A DNA stretch of 32,000 nucleotides. Source: an uncultured Alphaproteobacteria bacterium (GTDB lineage: Bacteria; Pseudomonadota; Alphaproteobacteria; Rs-D84). Made by a program: the position numbers and the translations under genes. Of the stretch, positions 1 to 5,757 are shown in pieces. The notes beneath the pieces were generated by a model, which was given only the letters and a program-made list of their open reading frames with translations, was not told the DNA's origin and searched no databases. How positions within the stretch are numbered: the stretch's first letter is position 1; every line of letters starts with the position of its first letter. The DNA lies in assembly GCA_963931495.1 (NCBI GenBank), contig OZ007020.1, forward strand, positions 30,001 through 62,000, written 5' to 3'.

Positions 1-1695
1 GCCATGCCGGGTTACAACTTGTCAGGGGTGCAGAGTGGATGGATTCGCCCCAGCGGTGGCGCATATTATTTCCATCCGTTTTCTGATACAGAGTGCAAAA
101 ATCCAACCGGAACGTATAATCCAGACAACGGTATTATCACAGATATAAATAATCCGGCACAAAAAATTGGTACAGATGCCGAACATATCGGATATACAAC
201 AATAACAAATGGAACATTACCACAACTGTCTAATCCGGCAACAACACGCAATGAAAATAAAGCGGTACAATTAACCGCGGCGGAAATAAACGCACTGCCA
301 CAATTATCGTCAGCGGGTCAAATGAAGCATGTTGAATTAAAGGCCGCACCCAAAGCACAAGTTATTGTCGGAACCAGTGGTTCGGCAACATATTCGTCAG
401 ACCCATATGACAGAAGTTTTGTTCTGCGCCAGTATAAACCAATTCCTGCAACAATTGTGTCCGAGGTTCGCGCCGACCCAACAATTTATGAATCTGGTCA
501 TGCACTGCCGGTCCAGGCAACTGTTGACAGAAATGTTTATTCTGATGATGGACGCACGATTGTAATTCCAACTGGCACACTAATGTTGGGATATGTTAAT
601 GGTGAATTGCCGGGACCGTATAAGTCAATTGGACGCATGAATATTAATTGGTATCAATTTATATTGCCAAATGGGGTTGAATTCAATTTCACCGGCGACC
701 CAAACCAGGATCCTTTTTCGGCGGATTCCCAGGGTCGTGTCGGTGTTCCTGGACACGGCAGTACAGATTATGTTGAACAATTGGTTATGCCAATGCTGAC
801 CGCGATTGTGCCAGCGGCGGTTAATATGATTGCACCAATATCAGACGCATTTATAAACCAAATTGATCTGGATAATAATACCGTTGTGCAAAGCGGAACA
901 ATTCGTTCATCCGAATTGGCCAAAAATGAAATTATTACCGCATGGAACCAGGTTGCACAAAAGTTACTGGTTGATGCCATGGATAATACCATTCCGCCAT
1001 TTTCTATTGCGGCCGGTACACGTATAACCGTATATTCACCGACTGATTTGGTTATAACATGTGGTCACGACGCAGATAAAATCTGTTCTGTTGAAAATCT
1101 GTACCAGGAGACACAATTGCGTCCTAATTGGCGCCACAATGTCACCGTTAATCCGAATGATGGTTCATGGACAGGCCAAGTACGTTCATTTAATCTGGAA
1201 CAATATTGCACAACGGACAGTGATGGCATTTGGGATATTAAGCCTGGCGTAGAAGGTGAAATTATAAATTCTGGATACGATTACAGAACTGTGTTGGCGT
1301 ATTGTCAATCATTGAATTACCAGGCGATTAATAATGCACGCCAAGATGCGGTATACCAAAATCAACAACAGCAATTCCAGAACAGTTACAGTGTTCAATC
1401 ATCGGGGGCATCAAATACAATCAGTGGCCTGAGTGGTATAACCGGCAGCCAGGCGTATAACGAAGATATCTTGGGGTTGACATATGATGACAGTGGCGCG
1501 ATTCAAAATCCATTCGTTGAATCAGACGCATTGACAGATGTCACAGAAACCACAGAAACAGTCATAACATGCGATGGCGGGGTGGCACCTGATGAATACG
1601 GTTGCTGTCCGGGTGAAATATATACCGATATGGGCGAACAAGGATTCAATTGCTGTCCGGAAACAGGGGGCGATTGTTTCCCGCCGATATTGTAA
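1..1695 (+). CDS. Type IV secretion VirB10/TrbI-family protein, 5'-truncated by the window edge, with a non-canonical ~210-aa Cys-rich C-terminal extension
   Basis: The frame is open to position 1, with no stop upstream of the ATG at 4. Residues ~140-352 match the VirB10/TrbI core as I remember it. NVYSDDGRTIVIPTGTLMLGYV compares with A. tumefaciens VirB10 DVYSFDGRNVLIPKGSRLIGQY. IPPFSIAAGTRITVYSPTDLVI compares with IPPTIHVDQGTRITVFVRRDLDF. RMNINWYQFILPNGVEF and GRVGVPGHGSTDY also fit. The TAA at 1693-1695 is followed by a hairpin terminator. Confidence 0.85.
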   Translation, partial: AMPGYNLSGVQSGWIRPSGGAYYFHPFSDTECKNPTGTYNPDNGIITDINNPAQKIGTDAEHIGYTTITNGTLPQLSNPATTRNENKAVQLTAAEINALPQLSSAGQMKHVELKAAPKAQVIVGTSGSATYSSDPYDRSFVLRQYKPIPATIVSEVRADPTIYESGHALPVQATVDRNVYSDDGRTIVIPTGTLMLGYVNGELPGPYKSIGRMNINWYQFILPNGVEFNFTGDPNQDPFSADSQGRVGVPGHGSTDYVEQLVMPMLTAIVPAAVNMIAPISDAFINQIDLDNNTVVQSGTIRSSELAKNEIITAWNQVAQKLLVDAMDNTIPPFSIAAGTRITVYSPTDLVITCGHDADKICSVENLYQETQLRPNWRHNVTVNPNDGSWTGQVRSFNLEQYCTTDSDGIWDIKPGVEGEIINSGYDYRTVLAYCQSLNYQAINNARQDAVYQNQQQQFQNSYSVQSSGASNTISGLSGITGSQAYNEDILGLTYDDSGAIQNPFVESDALTDVTETTETVITCDGGVAPDEYGCCPGEIYTDMGEQGFNCCPETGGDCFPPIL

Positions 1696-1699
1696 ATAA

Positions 1700-1724
1700 C
1701 GGCCTGCCATTGGCGGGCTGTTTT
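1700..1724 (+). terminator. Rho-independent terminator candidate after the VirB10-like gene
   Basis: CGGCCTGCC (1700-1708) pairs with GGCGGGCTG (1712-1720) over 9 bp including two G-U pairs. The loop is 3 nt and a TTTT run follows. Confidence 0.5.
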
Positions 1725-1733
1725 AATAACAGA

Positions 1734-1762
1734 TTGAAAAACCAAGGGAGTTATGCTATAAT
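1734..1762 (+). promoter_or_regulatory. sigma70-type promoter candidate (TTGAAA-17 nt-TATAAT)
   Basis: TTGAAA lies at 1734-1739 and TATAAT at 1757-1762, with exactly 17 nt between them. The predicted TSS is near 1769. Confidence 0.5.
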
Positions 1763-1794
1763 GCAAGTCTGAAAATATCTGATATTATATTGCG

Positions 1795-1818
1795 CGCGCG
1801 ATTTGCGCGTTTTTTTTA
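1795..1818 (+). terminator. GC hairpin plus T8 run (second terminator or attenuator)
   Basis: CGCGC (1795-1799) pairs with GCGCG (1805-1809). TTTTTTTT follows at 1810-1817. The element sits about 30-50 nt downstream of the predicted TSS of the 1734-1762 promoter. Confidence 0.45.
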
Positions 1819-1991
1819 TTTTATACACATAATAATCGCACCAATTACGATTCGTGCGCATGTGTATAAATCGCATAAACGAATCGGTTTTCCGATTCAC
1901 AAATCAACCAACGGTTGTACTGTTTTACATAATACAACCAATGGTATATACATCCAATCATAACCAAACAACATAAAAGGAGAAAAAATAC

Positions 1992-2339
1992 ATGACATCG
2001 CAAAATACACAAATCATATATCCATCAGAAAAGTTTCAAAATGCGGAACAACTGTGGTTCTGGTTTTTGTATTCTAAATCGGTTCAGAATGGATTCAGTC
2101 CCACAAAAGGACATGAAACACATCGCATATGCGAATTATTGGATGTAGAAATATTGATAACAAAATTATACTTGTCGGGCCGATTGTCCGATGAACAATT
2201 ATCAGTCATGAAAAAATACGGCGATCGGCGGCGTGCACCACATCAATATGTATGGTCTGAAAATCGTGCCGCCGATGTTTGGCGCGATGCAATGGTCATA
2301 TTGGGCGACGCCGCAATTAAACGCGGATGGATTGAATAA
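1992..2339 (+). CDS. Hypothetical protein, 115 aa (no family recognised; possible HTH-like C-terminal half)
   Basis: The ATG at 1992 is preceded by AAGGAG (1977-1982) at 9-nt spacing. The TAA at 2337-2339 is followed immediately by a strong hairpin terminator. The segment RLSDEQLSVMKKYG is only loosely HTH-like. Confidence 0.6.
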   Translation: MTSQNTQIIYPSEKFQNAEQLWFWFLYSKSVQNGFSPTKGHETHRICELLDVEILITKLYLSGRLSDEQLSVMKKYGDRRRAPHQYVWSENRAADVWRDAMVILGDAAIKRGWIE

Positions 2340-2363
2340 AAACGGGGCTTTGGCCCCGTTTTT
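2338..2363 (+). terminator. Rho-independent terminator
   Basis: AACGGGGC (2341-2348) pairs with GCCCCGTT (2353-2360) around a TTTG loop. A T-run follows to 2363 and an A-run lies upstream. Confidence 0.7.
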
Positions 2364-2382
2364 GAAACACAAGGAATATCAC

Positions 2383-2751
2383 ATGATTATAATTGGTTTT
2401 GCAACAAACACATCAAAGTTATTACCACGCATTTTTTGTCGCGCGCCACGGCATTGTGCACCAATCGTTCAGATTACTGATAACCGGTACATAATGTACC
2501 AATTTATCCGACGTAATTATATTGCGCAAATATCATTAAGCAGACGGGCAATAAAATTATTACACGCGTATGGATGGCGATTTATTTCATTAAAACACGA
2601 TATTCCACGCAACCTTATGCATCAGGCACGCTGTGCACGTTCATGTGTTGAATTATGCTGTATCGCCATTGGTCATACATATTCACCGATTATGACACCA
2701 CATGCATTATACAAACGATTAAAAAAATCCGCCATAATCGGCGGATTTTAA
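2383..2751 (+). CDS. Hypothetical protein, 122 aa (tentative permuted papain-fold / NlpC-P60-like amidase)
   Basis: The ATG at 2383 has AAGGAA (2371-2376) upstream. I chose this internal start of tracked ORF 2233..2751 because the upstream part overlaps the 1992 gene and its terminator. The pattern is IIIGFATNTSKLLPRIFCRAPRHCAPIV followed by RSCVELC ~80 aa later, a His-then-Cys order. No own promoter was found, and the gene sits 20 nt after a terminator. Confidence 0.5.
   Translation: MIIIGFATNTSKLLPRIFCRAPRHCAPIVQITDNRYIMYQFIRRNYIAQISLSRRAIKLLHAYGWRFISLKHDIPRNLMHQARCARSCVELCCIAIGHTYSPIMTPHALYKRLKKSAIIGGF
2721..2749. terminator. Bidirectional terminator shared by convergent genes
   Basis: ATCCGCC (2727-2733) pairs with GGCGGAT (2740-2746) around a 6-nt loop. 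A7 lies on one side and T4 on the other, so each strand reads a hairpin followed by a T-run. It overlaps the last codons of the 2383 ORF and lies just past the stop of the 2760 gene. Confidence 0.65.
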
Positions 2752-2759
2752 TGTTTTCA

Positions 2760-4949
2760 TTACTGCTTGGTCCAGTCACGGATTTCAGACGCCCAATTTT
2801 CCAGCAAGCAGTTTTCACGTATCACCGCAGAATTACACTGGGTCAAATCATCACCTGTGCATTCCGTACCCCCATCCCCACCGGTCACGCCGTTCAATAT
2901 TTCATTTAATGTTACAACATTGCGGCATGTATTCTTGCTGACATCCTGGGTATTATTGCATGTTTTGCTGTCTGTCAGACTGATAACCTTGGATATCTGG
3001 GAATCAGATGGATTGCAAACCATTTGTTCATAGCAATGCGGAACATTTGCAACCTGGGCGCAATATGTTTTGATACGCGCATCGGTCCAACCTGATTCTG
3101 ATTTTGCCTGGGTTTCATAGCAATCATACAATTCAGACAAACATTCTGTAAAATTGCTGATCGCATCATCATAATCAGATTTCATTGTTTCTTGTTCTTC
3201 TTGATAGAATTCCAGACGTTTCTGTTGCAATGCCTGTTGCGCCGCGGCCTTTTGATAACCAATATTTTGTGCCGTGGTGGTCAATTGTTCACCATACGCG
3301 TCACAGTCCGCATTTGCATCCAATGCATATTTCTGCATAATGCTGCGCCGTGCATCAGCAACCGGTCCACGCAGGTCGGCATACGGGTCACCCGATGCAG
3401 ATGAATATCCAAAACATGTCGCCGAATTGGATGACGTATATCCAGTATCTGGGGTAATAAAGTTCAACGAATAATCACCCGTGTTGGATACAGATATATA
3501 ACTGTTGTAATTGTACGGACATTGTGAACGACCGTTTCCGCACTTGGTGCCCCCAGATGGCGGGGTACCGCATGCTTCATATATACCATTAAAGCAAGAA
3601 TCCAAAACGCGGTTACATACATTATTATGGGCATATTCAAATAATTCGTACCCCCATGTTTCAGCCAATGAATCTTTCAAAGATTCTGTATCACCAATCG
3701 CATTACCAATCCCCGCCAAATTACCAACAACATCGGTCAGGTTTTCAAACGCTTCCAAGATATTATCATTATCTTGATCCAATATTGTCAGTGTTTTTTC
3801 CTTGGCATCGGCCCATGACTGTAATGATGCCAAAATATCACTGCTGCCACCGGAAATATTACTGATATCAAAGCCAAACGAATTACCATCTGATGTACAA
3901 TAACTGGGTTTCGTACATGGGCTCATCCCACCGCCATTGCTGTCATAAAAGCCGTGGTTATAGCACCATTCAACCGCCTCATCCGAACTTTCACCATATT
4001 GGCTGGTAATTTCTTGCCATGAAACACAGTTCATCACTTTTTCTGCATCAGTCAATTGGAATGCGGCACTGATATCTTTGCCCTTGGTTGCGATTAACAG
4101 TGCCAGTTCACCAGAAACCTTGATAAGTTCTTCGTTTGCCTGTTCCAGTTTTGCTTCGGCATCGGCAAATGCACGAACGCGTCCTGCGCATGCACAACGA
4201 CGCTGGGCCGCGTTACGGGCCGTGCAGATTTCGTCCATACATGCATAATATGATTCCATACAGTTATTGTACGCTTCGGCGGAAATCAATCCGGTTGAAG
4301 AATCAATGATGTTTGAATAATTCCCAGTGTACAATCTGTTTTGCAGGTATGTATACGTATTGGAATTTGTTGCATAACTGCCACGGATGGCACTGCCCTG
4401 TAATGATATGCGCGATGGATTTGTTGTCGTACGCGAACGCACACTGCGCGTCGGATTATTTGCCGCCACGCGCGATGCCGTTGTTGTTGTCGTACGCGAC
4501 ACGACATTACGTGACGCCCCCGACGCAGATGGACGCGCCGTTGTTGTCGTATTTCCGCGTGATGTCGTCATTGTCGGACGACCAGACGTCGCCATACGCG
4601 ATGATGCCGTCGCCGTCCCAGCCGCCACTGTTGGTGTGGTGGTCGCACGTGATACAACACTGCGACTGGCGGTGGTGCCGCGCGGTGATGTGACCGTTGT
4701 CGTCGCGTTTCCACGCGAAACAATATTTGCAGAATTCCCACGCGATGTTGCCGGACGCGATGTGCGTGATGTGTTGCCGGCACGCGTTGCCTGGGGGGTG
4801 ATAACATTATTCTGGGCCACCGGTGCAATCGGATCCGCCAACACCGAACGCATAGATAAAAATGTAGAGCAAACAAAAAATGCGCCCGCCAGTAAAAATA
4901 CAGTCCCCATCGCATTTTTGAATGAATCTGCAAAATTACGCTTTTTCAT
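2760..4949 (-). CDS. Large secreted cysteine-rich protein, 729 aa: Sec signal peptide, Ser/Thr/Arg-rich low-complexity region, ~520-aa 26-Cys domain with coiled-coil segments
   Basis: The start was moved to the ATG at 4949 (MKKRNFADSFKNAMGTVFLLAGAFFVCSTFLSMRSVLA/DP), which has AGGGAG 6 nt upstream. The N-terminus has basic-hydrophobic-AxA signal peptide features. The ORF is long and uninterrupted in AT-leaning DNA. I recognise no family. Confidence 0.8.
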   Translation of the reverse strand: MKKRNFADSFKNAMGTVFLLAGAFFVCSTFLSMRSVLADPIAPVAQNNVITPQATRAGNTSRTSRPATSRGNSANIVSRGNATTTVTSPRGTTASRSVVSRATTTPTVAAGTATASSRMATSGRPTMTTSRGNTTTTARPSASGASRNVVSRTTTTTASRVAANNPTRSVRSRTTTNPSRISLQGSAIRGSYATNSNTYTYLQNRLYTGNYSNIIDSSTGLISAEAYNNCMESYYACMDEICTARNAAQRRCACAGRVRAFADAEAKLEQANEELIKVSGELALLIATKGKDISAAFQLTDAEKVMNCVSWQEITSQYGESSDEAVEWCYNHGFYDSNGGGMSPCTKPSYCTSDGNSFGFDISNISGGSSDILASLQSWADAKEKTLTILDQDNDNILEAFENLTDVVGNLAGIGNAIGDTESLKDSLAETWGYELFEYAHNNVCNRVLDSCFNGIYEACGTPPSGGTKCGNGRSQCPYNYNSYISVSNTGDYSLNFITPDTGYTSSNSATCFGYSSASGDPYADLRGPVADARRSIMQKYALDANADCDAYGEQLTTTAQNIGYQKAAAQQALQQKRLEFYQEEQETMKSDYDDAISNFTECLSELYDCYETQAKSESGWTDARIKTYCAQVANVPHCYEQMVCNPSDSQISKVISLTDSKTCNNTQDVSKNTCRNVVTLNEILNGVTGGDGGTECTGDDLTQCNSAVIRENCLLENWASEIRDWTKQ
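4380..4787 (-). repeat. Degenerate tandem repeats encoding the S/T/R-rich region; locally GC-rich
   Basis: The encoded sequence contains recurring units, e.g. SRGNATTTVTSPRGTTASRSVVSRATTT versus SRGNTTTTARPSASGASRNVVSRTTTT. The DNA is visibly richer in CG/GC than its flanks. This composition suppresses stop codons and produces four spurious overlapping ORFs in other frames. Confidence 0.7.
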
Positions 4950-5034
4950 TAAACACTCCCTGTGTTCCGGGAAAGACCGGAATCCCGCCAATTTCGCACG
5001 CAATGGGCACGCCATTACGTCATTATTTTATATA

Positions 5035-5063
5035 ATTATATCATTTTTGCGAATGTCTGTAAA
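5035..5063 (-). promoter_or_regulatory. sigma70-type promoter candidate for the Cys-rich gene (TTTACA-17-TATAAT on the minus strand)
   Basis: On the minus strand, TTTACA is the complement of 5058-5063 and TATAAT the complement of 5035-5040, with a 17-nt spacer. The predicted ~80-nt leader contains the hairpin TTCCGG/CCGGAA (4965-4982). Confidence 0.35.
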
Positions 5064-5129
5064 TAAGAAAACCCGCAACAAACAATATGAATTTATGAAT
5101 CTTTATCAGTTTTATTTTGGCAAAATACA

Positions 5130-5138
5130 TGATATAAT
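5130..5138 (+). promoter_or_regulatory. Extended -10 element (TGATATAAT) just upstream of the PagL-like gene
   Basis: TGnTATAAT lies at 5130-5138. Only 8 nt separate it from the ATG at 5147, and no clear Shine-Dalgarno is present. Confidence 0.35.
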
Positions 5139-5146
5139 GTCGGGCG

Positions 5147-5713
5147 ATGAAGAAATCTGTATTATCTGTTTTTCTGGTGTTATCCATGACCGCCGGCACC
5201 GCACTGGCGGATTCAGACAATCCCATGTTTGCCCCAAATGCACAAAATGCAATCGCGTTGTACGGTGCCCAGAGCACAGGGCCAGGAACACTGTTCAAAC
5301 TGGTTGACCCATTCTTGTGGGAATTTGAACCAATGACAATGGCAATGTTGCAATACAGTCAACCGATGACGTTTTTCCGACTGCCGGCGCGAATGAATTT
5401 TAACTTGGTTCAAAATGTCGCGTATGGCGATGATCATGAACTGGCGTTCTTTGCAATTGGCGTGTCGTGGGATGTTGTGCTGGTGCACTGGCGTGGATTG
5501 TATATTGGGTTGGGTGTTGGACCATATATGCGTGATTCACGCGACGATTATGTAAACAGTCGTTTGGTATTTGGCGAACGGTTCTTTATTGGCAAAAATA
5601 TTGGTGATGCATGGCGGATTGAACTGTTTACCCAACATTTTTCTAATGGCGATTTTACTGATATAAATCGCGGATTTAACTTTTTCGGATTGGCCGTCAG
5701 TTATAGTTTTTAG
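5147..5713 (+). CDS. Acyloxyacyl hydrolase / PagL-like lipid A deacylase family outer-membrane beta-barrel
   Basis: The signal peptide reads MKKSVLSVFLVLSMTAGTALA/DS. The size is ~170 aa mature, with alternating beta-strand patterns. HFSNG near the C-terminus matches the PagL-family His-x-Ser catalytic motif. The terminal SYSF gives an aromatic OMP C-terminus. Confidence 0.72.
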   Translation: MKKSVLSVFLVLSMTAGTALADSDNPMFAPNAQNAIALYGAQSTGPGTLFKLVDPFLWEFEPMTMAMLQYSQPMTFFRLPARMNFNLVQNVAYGDDHELAFFAIGVSWDVVLVHWRGLYIGLGVGPYMRDSRDDYVNSRLVFGERFFIGKNIGDAWRIELFTQHFSNGDFTDINRGFNFFGLAVSYSF

Positions 5714-5726
5714 TTTATTGTGGCAA

Positions 5727-5757
5727 CAAAAAAAACGCCACAATGGGCGTTTTTTTA
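5727..5757. terminator. Bidirectional terminator between the PagL-like gene and yidC
   Basis: AACGCC (5734-5739) pairs with GGCGTT (5746-5751). An A-run lies upstream and a T-run downstream, so the hairpin reads as a terminator on both strands. Confidence 0.65.

Noticed and set aside
2233-2382. Upstream 50 codons of tracked ORF 2233..2751, overlapping the 115-aa gene and its terminator.
   Set aside because: The overlap is out of frame with a better-supported gene and crosses a strong hairpin terminator. The internal ATG at 2383 has its own AAGGAA.
5031-5036. Plus-strand TATAAT as the promoter for the PagL-like gene.
   Set aside because: It has no acceptable -35 at 16-18 nt and lies ~110 nt from the start codon. 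The extended -10 at 5130-5138 is a better candidate, and the palindrome reads as a good promoter on the minus strand instead.
4286-5307. Four long overlapping ORFs (4313..4693 +, 4387..5307 +, 4286..4507 -, 4568..4933 -) over the same region as the 2760..4949 gene.
   Set aside because: They coincide with the locally GC-rich, repeat-encoding S/T/R segment, where stop codons are depleted in all frames. Their translations are Arg/Val/Ala- or Arg/His/Trp-rich low-complexity strings with no start signals. The 306-aa one also runs through the promoter region and into the PagL-like gene. Only the minus-strand frame has an SD, a signal peptide and a long structured continuation.
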